Shown here: positions 41,818-51,769 of the stretch, in pieces
Layout: every line of letters begins with the position of its first letter
How positions within the stretch are numbered: position 1 is the first letter of the stretch
Source: Candidatus Omnitrophota bacterium
GTDB taxonomy: Bacteria; Omnitrophota; Gorgyraeia; Pluralincolimonadales; Pluralincolimonadaceae
Direction: 5' to 3'
Assembly: GCA_003141835.1 (NCBI GenBank)
Contig: PLNR01000002.1
Coordinates: 78,026 to 142,025 of the forward strand
DNA length: 64,000 nt
Translations under genes and position numbers: made by a program
Notes under the pieces: generated by a model
Told to the model about the DNA's origin: nothing
Database searches by the model: none
The model's input: the letters and a program-made list of their open reading frames with translations, nothing else

Positions 41818-43199
41818 AATTCTTACTTGTCACGGCGCTTGACAAAAAATTCGTCAAACTTTGGGCTTGCCAGGAGACTTCGCATATAGGGAGCATGCTT
41901 CCCCCGTCTGACCTGTGCAGCATCGCCTCGAACATCCGGTCAAACGGCCACGATGCCGCCATTTTAGATCTGCGCCTGTTCGCGGATCCCGTCGGTACAT
42001 ACGTCCGTAAATTAAAAGAATACGGCCCGGATGCCGTTATCCTGAATATATCGACAACTACGGCAAACGATGATTTTAGGATCGTCTCTTTGACCCCTGA
42101 TCCGGTAAAAAAAATAGCTTTTGGGACCCATGCCATAGCCGAACCCGGCGATTGTTTTCAACACGGAGTAGATTTCATCCTGGCCGGAGACCCGGAAAAG
42201 TGTATCATGGAACTGGCTGATCACGGCCTCGCGCCGGATAAAACCAGGGGTGTTATTTCAAAAGATACGGTTATTGAAGGGTTTAAGCCCCTTTACGAAG
42301 AAGACCTGGACCATTTCCCGTTGCCTGCCCTTGACCTGGTCGACCTGGACAGGTATCATACCCTTTTCGTAAAGAACAGGAGATTTTCCGTCATACTCGG
42401 CAGCCGGGGCTGCCATTTCGAGTGCAACTTTTGCCTTATGCCGTGTTTATTCGGGGCGAAAATAAGGCAAAGAAGCGCGAAAAATATCATAGATGAAATG
42501 AAGCGCGATTTCGAGATGTTCAAGGTAAGGGATTTTGTTTTTTTGGACGCCACATTCAACAGCAGCGAGTCGCGGGTGTTCGACATCTGCGAAGAGATCG
42601 ACAGGAATAAGATGAATTTCGTAAGATGGTCATGCAACATGCGCGTTTCTCCCGTATCTGGAGCTTTATTAAAAGCAATGAAAAGATCGGGATGCCAAAG
42701 GATATTCTATGGAGTGGAAGATGCCGGCTTATTGAACGAGATAAATAAGAATATAACCTTCGAGCAGATAAAAAAGGCATTCTATCTCACCAGGAAACAC
42801 AGGATAGAAGCAGGAGCTTTTTTGATGCTATTCCCGAACGGGGCCGTGAGCGAAGCAGATTACACCGCGAAGATAGTACGATTGATTAAAGAGATAAAGG
42901 CGGACATGTTCCAGTGTAATGTTGCAATACCGTTCCCCGGTACGGCGATGTATAAGAAAATGAAAAATGATCTGTCAGGCAACTGGTCTCTTTACGACCC
43001 CAACGGGACATGCCTTCCCTATAGTTCACCGGTAGACCTCGTATCAGTAAAGAACAGCGTGTATTTAAAAATAGCATTATCCAGCCCGCGTATAGTATTA
43101 AGGACATTATTAACCGCGAACAGGGAAGACCTTATTTATGTCATTAAGAAATTTATCGCCATGATCAGGAAGGGCAAGAAGGGAAGATGGAAAAAATAG
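41796..43199 (+). CDS. B12-binding radical SAM enzyme, number 5.
   Basis: B12-domain N-terminus. CHFECNFC. 467 aa. Confidence 0.75.
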   Translation: MQEKVLVKFLLVTALDKKFVKLWACQETSHIGSMLPPSDLCSIASNIRSNGHDAAILDLRLFADPVGTYVRKLKEYGPDAVILNISTTTANDDFRIVSLTPDPVKKIAFGTHAIAEPGDCFQHGVDFILAGDPEKCIMELADHGLAPDKTRGVISKDTVIEGFKPLYEEDLDHFPLPALDLVDLDRYHTLFVKNRRFSVILGSRGCHFECNFCLMPCLFGAKIRQRSAKNIIDEMKRDFEMFKVRDFVFLDATFNSSESRVFDICEEIDRNKMNFVRWSCNMRVSPVSGALLKAMKRSGCQRIFYGVEDAGLLNEINKNITFEQIKKAFYLTRKHRIEAGAFLMLFPNGAVSEADYTAKIVRLIKEIKADMFQCNVAIPFPGTAMYKKMKNDLSGNWSLYDPNGTCLPYSSPVDLVSVKNSVYLKIALSSPRIVLRTLLTANREDLIYVIKKFIAMIRKGKKGRWKK

Positions 43200-45052
43200 A
43201 CCTATTCTTCGAAAAATATGCGGATCACCTGATCTGGGTGCTTATTTCAGCGTATATCCTAATTTTCGGGTATATATGTTTCTTAAAATACCAATATTTT
43301 GGTTATTACGACTTTGACTTGGCCAGCGACGCGGTCGTTTTTTGGAATAGCGTTCACGGCAAACTGCTGTATTTTCCTTTTTTGGAAGAGATAATTTTCG
43401 GGGCCCATTTGTATCTGATAATGTTCCTGATCATGCCGATATACGCGGTTTTCCAGAGCCCGTTGACGATCTTATTCCTGCAGAGCGCGTTCCTGGGATT
43501 GGCGGCATACCCGCTGTATTTGTTGGCAAAGACCAAGCTGAACAAAACTTTTTCTTTGGCCGTAGTCCTGGCCTACCTGTTATATCCCGCGCTGGGATTC
43601 GGCAATCTTTTTGAAACGCATTTTGATATGTACGAGATCTTTTTTCTTTTCTTTACATTGTATTATTTTGAAAAGGGCTATTTTAAAAAGTTCCTCGTTT
43701 TTATATTCTTGACACTGTTCTGCAAAGAGAACGCGAGCCTGGTCGTATTCATGATGGGCATATACGCGATGGCGCGAAGGAGGCCGGCAAAGTGGGTCCT
43801 GGTGCCTTTGTTTGCCGGCGCTGCCTGGTTTTTAGTATCGGTGAAGGTCGTGATCCCCTTCTTTGCGAAGGACGCGAAATTATATCCCGAAGGTTTTATA
43901 TTCGGCTCCCATTACAGGCACCTAGGGAACAGCCTCTCTGAAATGGTCAAGACGATAATCCTGCATCCGGTACAGGTCGCGGCTTACGCGCTTACCCCCA
44001 GGAAAATACTGTACCTGTTCCACCTATTTTTGCCGGTCGGCTTTATAGGTTTATTAAGCCCGTTGCCCTTGTTGATCATCATCCCGATCTTGATGCAGAA
44101 TTTGCTGGCTTGGTCGGAAACCACCTCATCGATCTATTTCCACTACGTTGCGATAATGATCCCCTTCATATTCTTTTCGGTCATATGCGGGCTCGATAAG
44201 CTGATGCGCTATGAAGCCGTCTCCAGGCACCGGGCGAGGTTATTGTTTTGTTTTTTAGGGTTTGTCGTTATTTCAGGCATATATTTACAGGCGCCGCAAT
44301 TTACCTTCGCGCGGCACATATCCCAGTATCAAGCCGGAGATAATACGCGGGAAAGAGATAAACTGATCGAAGCAATACCGAAAGATTCTTCCGTAATAGC
44401 GACTTTTCAGTTTTTACCCAAGTTATCCAACAGGCACGATCTTTATTCCATGCATTTTGTATCGACCGGGAACAAGATGTATACGAACGTGAAATATGAA
44501 CCGCCAAAGGACCTTCAATATGCGCTCATAGATTTCAACGAGCCTTTAATGATCAATGCCTTCTTCCCGCCATCCGCCCCGGACAACATCCGCTCTTTCC
44601 TTGAAGCGGGGGACTGGAGGGTCGCAAGGGCCTTTAATGACACCGTCCTGTTCAGGAAGGGCTATGTTAAAGGCCCAAAGCTCTGCGAGATGGTCGTTGA
44701 TCCCAAGATACAATACCCGATGAGCGTGGACTTGAATAAAGAGATCCTCTTTTTGGGCTATGATATCGTCGATGATAGCGCGCCGGACAGCAGGATATTA
44801 CATCTGGCCTATTACTGGAAGAGGATAAAAGGCAATAGCAGGCCGACAAGCTTTTTCATCCAATTCTCGGATGCGGAAGGCAACGCCAGGTTAAGGGTCG
44901 AGCACGCGTTCGGCTACAGGGTGTACATGCAGGACGAATGGAAAGAAGGGCAGGTTGTAAAGGAGCACCATTACATCCTAGTCCCTTCCGGTACGAGTAA
45001 GGGCGATTATAATATCAGCTTCGGCCCATTTATTTTCGTTAAAACAGATTAG
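43187..45052 (+). CDS. Polytopic membrane protein with a C-terminal extracytoplasmic domain (DUF2079-like, putative GT-C). Paralog A.
   Basis: 621 aa. About 12 TM helices, then a roughly 200-aa soluble domain. Same architecture as the next gene. Confidence 0.5.
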   Translation: MEKIDLFFEKYADHLIWVLISAYILIFGYICFLKYQYFGYYDFDLASDAVVFWNSVHGKLLYFPFLEEIIFGAHLYLIMFLIMPIYAVFQSPLTILFLQSAFLGLAAYPLYLLAKTKLNKTFSLAVVLAYLLYPALGFGNLFETHFDMYEIFFLFFTLYYFEKGYFKKFLVFIFLTLFCKENASLVVFMMGIYAMARRRPAKWVLVPLFAGAAWFLVSVKVVIPFFAKDAKLYPEGFIFGSHYRHLGNSLSEMVKTIILHPVQVAAYALTPRKILYLFHLFLPVGFIGLLSPLPLLIIIPILMQNLLAWSETTSSIYFHYVAIMIPFIFFSVICGLDKLMRYEAVSRHRARLLFCFLGFVVISGIYLQAPQFTFARHISQYQAGDNTRERDKLIEAIPKDSSVIATFQFLPKLSNRHDLYSMHFVSTGNKMYTNVKYEPPKDLQYALIDFNEPLMINAFFPPSAPDNIRSFLEAGDWRVARAFNDTVLFRKGYVKGPKLCEMVVDPKIQYPMSVDLNKEILFLGYDIVDDSAPDSRILHLAYYWKRIKGNSRPTSFFIQFSDAEGNARLRVEHAFGYRVYMQDEWKEGQVVKEHHYILVPSGTSKGDYNISFGPFIFVKTD

Positions 45053-45058
45053 GAAGAT

Positions 45059-46924
45059 ATGAAAAAAATAGAAGAATTTTGCCAGAAATACGCAGATCGC
45101 CTGGTCTGGGTATTTATTTCAGCGTATGTTATTATTTTCACTTGTTTATGTTTCATGAAATACAGGTCATTCCACTATTATGACTGGGACCTGGCAAGCG
45201 ATGCGGTCGTCTACTGGAACAGCATCCACGGCAAGATGCTGTATTATCCGTTTCTCGGCGGTAACATATTCGGCGCGCACATTTATCTGATCGCCTTCCT
45301 GGTCATGCCGCTATACGCCGTCTTCCAGACGCCGCTCTTGCTCCTATTCCTCCAGAGCCTTTTTTTAGGAACGGCCGCCTACCCGCTTTATCTTATCGCG
45401 AGGTCCAGGCTCGGTAAAAGTTTCGCTTTAGCTATAGCGGCAGCATACCTTCTTTATCCGCCGTTGGGCAACACCAACCTTTTCGAGACGCATTTTGACG
45501 CATACGCCGTTTTCTTCCTGTTTTTTACGCTGTATTTTTTTGAGGTAGAAAAATTTTGGAAGTTCCTTGTATTTGCTTTGCTGGCGATATCATGTAAGGA
45601 GAATATCGGAGCCGCGATATTTATGATAGGTGTTTACGGCCTCGTCAGGAGAAGAAGCGCGAGATGGACGTTTTTGCCCATGGCGTTGGGAGCGGCATGG
45701 TTTATTATTTCCATCGGAGTACTGGTGCCCATGCTCTCAAAAAGCATGAAAGTGCAATTAAACAGCGATAACTACATGTTCATGGAACTTTACAGGCACT
45801 TCGGAAAAGGAATTTTCGGGATAGCAAAGGGAATGTTATCGGAACCGTTTGATACGATAAGATTTGCTTTTACTCCCGGGAAATTATCATATCTTGCCCA
45901 GATATTCGCTCCGCTTGCTTTCACGCCTTTACTGGCGCCTTCCGCGCTAATGATGGCAATACCGCTGTTCCTGCAGAACCTGCTGGCAGGTAAGTGGACG
46001 TTCACATCCATACATTATCACTACACGGCGCTGCTTATTCCTTTTATATTTTTCGCTTCCGTCGTCGGGATAGAGAGGATCTCAAAGTCCGCGGCGCCTT
46101 TCCTTAAAAAGAGTAATTTAAAAGTTTATTTTCTTGTTGCGGCAGTAGCGTCTTCCATCTTCCTCGAGGCTCCGCAGATGGAGCTATATAAGATTTTTAG
46201 ATTGTACCGGATAGACGAATACTCTAAAGAGAAAGAAAAGGTCCTGGATCGGATACCTAAAGATGCTTCCGTGATCGCTACATTCCAGTTCTTGCCAAGG
46301 CTTGCGAACAGGCATGATGTTTATCCGTTAAATTGGTTATTGGTGCGCGATAAGGTGCACGCGTCCTGCGGATACGAACCGCCCGCAAACCTCGAATACA
46401 CACTGATAGATTTCAACGAACCCCTCATGACCAGGGGGGCTTTCTTCCCGCCCTCCGCCCCGGGCAACATCCGTTCTTTCCTTGAAGCGGGGGACTGGAG
46501 GGTCGCAATGGCTTTTAATGACATCGTCCTGTTCAGGAAGGGCTATGATAAAGGCCCAAAGCTCTGCGAGGCGGTCCTTAATCCCAGGATACGGTACCCC
46601 ATGAACGTGGACCTGAATAAAGAGATCCTCTTTTTGGGCTATGATATCATCGATGATAGCGCGCCGGACAGCAGGCTATTGCATATGGTATATTACTGGA
46701 AGATGATAAAAGGCAATAGCAGGCCGACAAGCTTTTTCGTGCAGTTCTTGGACGCCAAAGGCAACTTCAAGTTCCAAAATCAGCATGTTTTCGGTTACAG
46801 GGTATATTTACGGGACGAATGGAAAGAAGGGCAGGTTGTAAAGGAGCACAATTATATCCTGATCCCTTCCGGCGCGGATGAAGGCGACTACAGCATTAGC
46901 TTCGGCCCGTTTATTTTCGATTAA
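45059..46924 (+). CDS. Polytopic membrane protein (DUF2079-like, putative GT-C). Paralog B.
   Basis: 621 aa, co-linear with paralog A. The C-terminal domain DNA is nearly identical to paralog A (compare 44560-44690 with 46440-46570). Confidence 0.5.
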   Translation: MKKIEEFCQKYADRLVWVFISAYVIIFTCLCFMKYRSFHYYDWDLASDAVVYWNSIHGKMLYYPFLGGNIFGAHIYLIAFLVMPLYAVFQTPLLLLFLQSLFLGTAAYPLYLIARSRLGKSFALAIAAAYLLYPPLGNTNLFETHFDAYAVFFLFFTLYFFEVEKFWKFLVFALLAISCKENIGAAIFMIGVYGLVRRRSARWTFLPMALGAAWFIISIGVLVPMLSKSMKVQLNSDNYMFMELYRHFGKGIFGIAKGMLSEPFDTIRFAFTPGKLSYLAQIFAPLAFTPLLAPSALMMAIPLFLQNLLAGKWTFTSIHYHYTALLIPFIFFASVVGIERISKSAAPFLKKSNLKVYFLVAAVASSIFLEAPQMELYKIFRLYRIDEYSKEKEKVLDRIPKDASVIATFQFLPRLANRHDVYPLNWLLVRDKVHASCGYEPPANLEYTLIDFNEPLMTRGAFFPPSAPGNIRSFLEAGDWRVAMAFNDIVLFRKGYDKGPKLCEAVLNPRIRYPMNVDLNKEILFLGYDIIDDSAPDSRLLHMVYYWKMIKGNSRPTSFFVQFLDAKGNFKFQNQHVFGYRVYLRDEWKEGQVVKEHNYILIPSGADEGDYSISFGPFIFD

Positions 46925-46949
46925 AGGCTTAATTAGAAGGAAAAGGCGC

Positions 46950-47891
46950 ATGCCGGCTAAAATATTGATAATAAAATTGGGGTATTCAGAGACCCTTGAC
47001 AAGGAAATAGGGACTACCACGAGTTTGGGGGACGTCCTGCGGACGACCGTCATCTTGAATTATTTTAAAGATGACGACGTCACCTGGCTTGTGGACGAGA
47101 AAGCCTACCCGCTGCTCAAGGGGAACCCTTTTATAAGGCGCGTCCTCGTCTTCGGGCCGGGATCGGTGAAACAATTGCAGCGCGAGCGGTTCGATACAGT
47201 GATCAATCTCGAAAAAGGCCCGGAGATCTGCGCTTTTTCGGATTCGGTGAAAGCGCGGAGGAGGTTCGGGTTCAGGCTCGACCCGGGAACCGGTGCCGCG
47301 CAGGCATACGGCGGCGCGGAGATGGTATTAAGCCTTTGCCTTGACCTGGAGAAGAAAAAGGAGAATATGAAATTTTGGCAGGACGCGCTCGCTTCCATGA
47401 TAGGCAAAAGATGGTCGGCGCGCGAAGAATATATACTTGGTTACAAGCCGCGTTCTAAGGTAAAATATGATATAGGCTTTAATTGGGTCGTGGGAGACAA
47501 ATGGCCTAACAAGGCGTGGCCCAAAAAGAATTGGCAAAAGCTCGAAAGGTCGTTAAAGGGCAGATACAACGTATCCTGGCAAAAGGGCCTCCGTGACCTT
47601 GACGACTACATGGATTGGATAAACTCCTGCCGGCTCATCGTGACCAATGACAGCCTGGGGATGCACCTGGCGATCGCCTTAAGGAAAAAGATAATCGCGC
47701 TTTTCGGGCCAAGTTCCTCGAAAGAGGTCTATCTTTACAAGAGAGGCGTAAAGCTTCTGCCGAAGACGCGGTATAAATGTGTGCCGTGCCTCGATCCCGT
47801 CTGCGCCCAAAAGGTCAATTGCATGGAATATATCACTCCGGAAGCGGTAAGAGAAGAGATCGTAAAGATGCTTCCGGCCAAGAGGAGATAG
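46950..47891 (+). CDS. GT9 family glycosyltransferase (ADP-heptose:LPS heptosyltransferase-like).
   Basis: Start reassigned to MPAKILIIKLGY (ATG 46950, SD GAAGGAAAAGG). GT9 C-terminal motif region (IVTNDSLGMHLAIAL...ALFGPS). Confidence 0.7.
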   Translation: MPAKILIIKLGYSETLDKEIGTTTSLGDVLRTTVILNYFKDDDVTWLVDEKAYPLLKGNPFIRRVLVFGPGSVKQLQRERFDTVINLEKGPEICAFSDSVKARRRFGFRLDPGTGAAQAYGGAEMVLSLCLDLEKKKENMKFWQDALASMIGKRWSAREEYILGYKPRSKVKYDIGFNWVVGDKWPNKAWPKKNWQKLERSLKGRYNVSWQKGLRDLDDYMDWINSCRLIVTNDSLGMHLAIALRKKIIALFGPSSSKEVYLYKRGVKLLPKTRYKCVPCLDPVCAQKVNCMEYITPEAVREEIVKMLPAKRR

Positions 47892-48959
47892 ATGGAAGAC
47901 CATTTCAGGATAGACAGCCACAAGCTTATCTTCCACGTCGAGAGAGTGAATGACTGGCTTAAGGGCAAGCAGATAAGCCCGATATATCTCGAGATCGCCC
48001 CGTCAGGCGGATGCAACCACAGGTGTGTCTTTTGCGCGGTCGATTACCTGAAGTATAAAGGCGTGCTCTTAGATACGGACGTCCTTAAGAGAACGGTCAA
48101 AGAGGCGGGCGCGCTCGGCGTAAAAAGCATAATGTTTGCAGGTGAAGGCGAACCCCTGCTGCATAAGGGTATATGCGAGATAATAAGATACACGAAACGC
48201 AGAGGCATAGACGTCGCGGTCACGACCAACGGGGTCCTTCTTAAAAAAGAGGTCTCGCGGAAGATCCTGAAATACTTAAGCTGGATCAGGATAAGCCTTA
48301 ACGCGGGCACTGCCGGGACTTATTGCAAGATACACCGCACAAAGAAAGAAGATTTTTACAAGGTGATGGAGAACCTGCGCGAAGCGGTGAAGATAAAAAA
48401 GTCAGGGAAATTAAAGACGACGATCGGCGTCCAGTTATTGCTGATTCCCGGCAACGTCAAAGAGGTCGTTACCCTTGCGCGGATATTAAAAAAGACCGGC
48501 GTCGATTATCTGGCTGTCAAGCCGTATTCGCAGCATCCCTTGAGCGGGTCGCGCATAAACCCGGGATTTGACTATAGGGACCATATCTCAATGTATAAAA
48601 AACTGCGCGGCCTTGAGGATGGCAGGTTCAAGATAGCTTTCAGGGACGATACGATGAAAAGATTGGGTTCGGAAAAGGAGTACGGGCGCTGTTTGGGGCT
48701 GCCGTTCTGGGCTTATATCGACGCGAACGGTGAAGTATACGCCTGCAGCGCTTTCCTCGGGAAGAAGGAATACAGTTTCGGCAATATTTATAAGAATAAT
48801 TTTAAGGATATAATAAAAAGCAAGCGCAGGAGATTGGTGATGGCCGGGATAAGCTCAAAGATGGATGTGGAGAAATGCCGCAGGGCCTGCCGGCTGGATA
48901 AGATCAACAGCTACCTCTGGGAGTTGAGCAACCCGGGGCCGCACGTTAATTTCATTTAA
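47892..48959 (+). CDS. Radical SAM enzyme with a SPASM/twitch-like C-terminus, paralog 1 (ends ...PHVNFI).
   Basis: CNHRCVFC. C-terminal Cys cluster. 355 aa. Paralog of 51770..52873. Confidence 0.7.
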   Translation: MEDHFRIDSHKLIFHVERVNDWLKGKQISPIYLEIAPSGGCNHRCVFCAVDYLKYKGVLLDTDVLKRTVKEAGALGVKSIMFAGEGEPLLHKGICEIIRYTKRRGIDVAVTTNGVLLKKEVSRKILKYLSWIRISLNAGTAGTYCKIHRTKKEDFYKVMENLREAVKIKKSGKLKTTIGVQLLLIPGNVKEVVTLARILKKTGVDYLAVKPYSQHPLSGSRINPGFDYRDHISMYKKLRGLEDGRFKIAFRDDTMKRLGSEKEYGRCLGLPFWAYIDANGEVYACSAFLGKKEYSFGNIYKNNFKDIIKSKRRRLVMAGISSKMDVEKCRRACRLDKINSYLWELSNPGPHVNFI

Positions 48960-48960
48960 G

Positions 48961-49947
48961 GTGAAGATGCCAAAACAGGACAGGGGCCGCGATCTTATAC
49001 GGATATACGAGATGATGCTGAAGATCCGCCTTTTCGAGGAACGGGTCATCAGTTTGTATCCTAAGGAAGAAATGAAGACGCCGGTCCATCTATGCGTCGG
49101 CCAGGAGGCTATCGCGGCAGGAGTTTGCCGCAACCTCACCGATAAAGATTATGTTTTTACGAACCACCGCTGCCACGGCCATTGCCTGGCGAAGGGGATG
49201 AGCATGTCTTCCATCATGGCCGAGCTTTACGGGAAGAGGGCCGGCTGCTGCAAGGGGAAAAGCGGTTCCATGCATCTCTCCGACCCGGATAAAGGCATCC
49301 TCGCAACATCGGCCATAGTCGCGGGGAACATCCCCATAGCCGTTGGGGCGGCGCTGAGCCTGAAACTCAGGAGGAGAGGGGGTATCGCGGCCGTCTTTTT
49401 CGGGGACGGGGCTGCAGACGAAGGCGCGTTCTACGAAAGCCTTAATTTTGCCTCGCTGAAAAAACTGCCGGTCTTATTTATCTGCGAGAATAATTTTTAC
49501 GCCACGAATTCCAGGCAGGAAACAAGACAGCCGTTGGATAACATATTTAAAAGGGGCGGGATCTTCGGGATAAAGGGGTTCCGCTGCGACGGCAACGACG
49601 CCGTGAAAGTATTCGACCTCTCAAGAGGCCTGGTCGAAAAGATAAGGAAAGGTTCGGGGCCGTATCTTATGGAATGCCGGACTTACCGCTGGAAGGGACA
49701 CGTCGGGCCGGATTGCGATTTTGAAAAAGGCTGCCGGCCGAAATATGAGCATGATGCCTGGGTAAAAAGATGTCCGGTAAGGAAGCTCGAAGGCATATTA
49801 TTGAAGAAGGGTGCGCTGACCGGCAAAGGGATCGAAAACATGCGCCGCCGCATTACAAGAGAAATAACGAAAGCGGAGAAATTCGCAAAGAAAAGCCGTT
49901 TCCCCGCAAGCAGTGAACTTTACGACGATGTATACTGGAAGGAATAA
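48961..49947 (+). CDS. TPP-dependent dehydrogenase E1 component, alpha subunit.
   Basis: TPP-binding GDG(X)n N motif (FFGDGAADEGAFYESLNFA...ICENN). 328 aa. Confidence 0.8.
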   Translation: MKMPKQDRGRDLIRIYEMMLKIRLFEERVISLYPKEEMKTPVHLCVGQEAIAAGVCRNLTDKDYVFTNHRCHGHCLAKGMSMSSIMAELYGKRAGCCKGKSGSMHLSDPDKGILATSAIVAGNIPIAVGAALSLKLRRRGGIAAVFFGDGAADEGAFYESLNFASLKKLPVLFICENNFYATNSRQETRQPLDNIFKRGGIFGIKGFRCDGNDAVKVFDLSRGLVEKIRKGSGPYLMECRTYRWKGHVGPDCDFEKGCRPKYEHDAWVKRCPVRKLEGILLKKGALTGKGIENMRRRITREITKAEKFAKKSRFPASSELYDDVYWKE

Positions 49948-49949
49948 GC

Positions 49950-51002
49950 ATGCCTTGGACTAATGTTGCGGTAGGCAGGGCGTTAAAGGGCAGATATTCC
50001 GCGGATAAGCCCGCGTCAGGCCGGACTTTAAACTATAGGGAGGCATTGAGAGAAGCCCTCTATCAGGCCCTCAAGAGGGACTCCAGGGTTTTTATCCTGG
50101 GGGAGGGCGTAGACGATTCCGCCGGGGTTTTCGGCTCTACGGTAGGGTTGCATAAAGATTTTCCCGGAAGGGTCTTCGATACGCCGATCGCCGAAAACGG
50201 ACTGACCGGTTTCGCTGTAGGAGCGGCCCTGGCCGGGATGAGGCCGGTACTGGTCCATATGAGGATGGATTTCCTCCCGCTCTCTTTCGACCAGATATTG
50301 AACCACGCCGCGAAATTATGTTATATGTCGGGCGGGATGAGCAATGTCCCGCTGGTAATACGGGCGGTTATAGGCAGGGGATGGGGCTCTGCGGCGCAGC
50401 ATTCGCAAAGCCTGCAGGCGATGTTCATGCATATGCCGGGCATAAAAGTCGTCGCGCCAAGTTCCGCGTATGACGCCAAGGGATTACTGCTATCAAGCAT
50501 AGCCGACGGGAACCCGGTCATTTTTATCGAACACCGCTGGCTTTACGATATGAAAGGCGGCGTCCCGGAAAAGGAATATTTTGTACCCATCGGGAAAGGC
50601 GTTATCAGGCGGCCGGGGAAAGACGCGACCGTAGTCGCTGTTTCCCTGATGGTGAACGAAGCCGCTAAGGCCGCGAAGGAGCTTAAGGACGGCGGCATAG
50701 ATATAGAAATAATAGACCCGAGGTCCCTCGTCCCTTTTGACGAAAAGATAGTCGTGGATTCAGTGAAAAAGACAGGCAGGCTCGTCATCGCGGATATGGG
50801 GTGGCGCTCCGGAGGCGCGGCCGAGATAATTTTAGGGCGGATCCACGGCAAGATAAGGAGATACCTTAAAGCAGACGTGCAGATAGTGGCGCTTCCGGAC
50901 ACTCCGACACCAGCGTGCCCCCGGCTGGAAAAAGCGTTCTACAAGGGTTCCGGGGACATAGTAAAGGCGGTAAGAAAGGCCTATGGATTACGAAAAAAAT
51001 AA
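49950..51002 (+). CDS. TPP-dependent dehydrogenase E1 component, beta subunit (transketolase-like).
   Basis: Transketolase Pyr and C-terminal domains (FDTPIAENGLTGFAVGAALAGMRP). 350 aa. Sits next to and co-directional with the alpha subunit. Confidence 0.8.
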   Translation: MPWTNVAVGRALKGRYSADKPASGRTLNYREALREALYQALKRDSRVFILGEGVDDSAGVFGSTVGLHKDFPGRVFDTPIAENGLTGFAVGAALAGMRPVLVHMRMDFLPLSFDQILNHAAKLCYMSGGMSNVPLVIRAVIGRGWGSAAQHSQSLQAMFMHMPGIKVVAPSSAYDAKGLLLSSIADGNPVIFIEHRWLYDMKGGVPEKEYFVPIGKGVIRRPGKDATVVAVSLMVNEAAKAAKELKDGGIDIEIIDPRSLVPFDEKIVVDSVKKTGRLVIADMGWRSGGAAEIILGRIHGKIRRYLKADVQIVALPDTPTPACPRLEKAFYKGSGDIVKAVRKAYGLRKK

Positions 51003-51750
51003 ACTTAGCATCATAATGCCGGCTTTGAACGAAGAGGCCAATATACGCGATGCCGTCTCAAGTACGCTTAAGGCGCTTGGCCTTTTTAATATCAACGGAG
51101 AGATCGTAATAGTCAACGACGGCAGCACCGACCGGACCGGGGCGCTGGCCGAAGAAATATCCAGGGAATATCCGGGCCGCGTCAGCGTAATAAATCATGA
51201 CAAGCCGAAAGGCATAGGCGCATCGTTCTGGGAAGGCGTGGACTCGGCTAAAGGCGATGCCATCGTCATGGTACCGGGGGACAACGAGAACGACCCGCAA
51301 GAGGTATTCCGTTATTATAAGCTGCTTGAGCAGGTGGATATCGTGATCCCCTTCATTTTCAACAGGGAGGCGAGGCCTTTATTCAGGAACGTCCTCTCGC
51401 TCCTCTACCGTTTTATAATCAATACGACCTTCCTCGTCAATTTCAATTACACGAACGGTACCATCCTTTACAGGAGGTCTATTTTATGGGGGATAGACGA
51501 ACGCTCCGGCGGCTTCTTCTTCCAGACCGATATATTGATCAGGGCCGTGAAAAATGGCTATCTCTTCGCCGAGGTCCCCTATAAGGTAGGCTCGAGGAAG
51601 AACGGTTCCTCCAAGGCAATAAGCTTCCCGTCCCTGTTCAAGGTCATCGAAGGTTACCTGAAACTGGTAAAAGATTTTTATTTCAGTAAAGATAAAAAAC
51701 GGCAGCAGGAGTACTCGAGCGATTCGCAGACAGCCGCCCGCAAGAAATAA
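50983..51750 (+). CDS. GT2 glycosyltransferase, polyprenol-phosphate sugar synthase-like.
   Basis: LSIIMPALNEE...IVNDGSTDRT...PGDNE. 255 aa. Confidence 0.75.
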   Translation: MDYEKNKLSIIMPALNEEANIRDAVSSTLKALGLFNINGEIVIVNDGSTDRTGALAEEISREYPGRVSVINHDKPKGIGASFWEGVDSAKGDAIVMVPGDNENDPQEVFRYYKLLEQVDIVIPFIFNREARPLFRNVLSLLYRFIINTTFLVNFNYTNGTILYRRSILWGIDERSGGFFFQTDILIRAVKNGYLFAEVPYKVGSRKNGSSKAISFPSLFKVIEGYLKLVKDFYFSKDKKRQQEYSSDSQTAARKK

Positions 51751-51769
51751 CCGGCAGCAAAATTTAAAT

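Noticed and set aside
46878-46949. 24-codon extension in front of the GT9 gene (MKATTALASARLFSIKGLIRRKRR).
   Set aside because: It overlaps the end of the preceding gene. The internal ATG at 46950 has a good SD and gives the typical GT9 N-terminus (KILIIKLGY).
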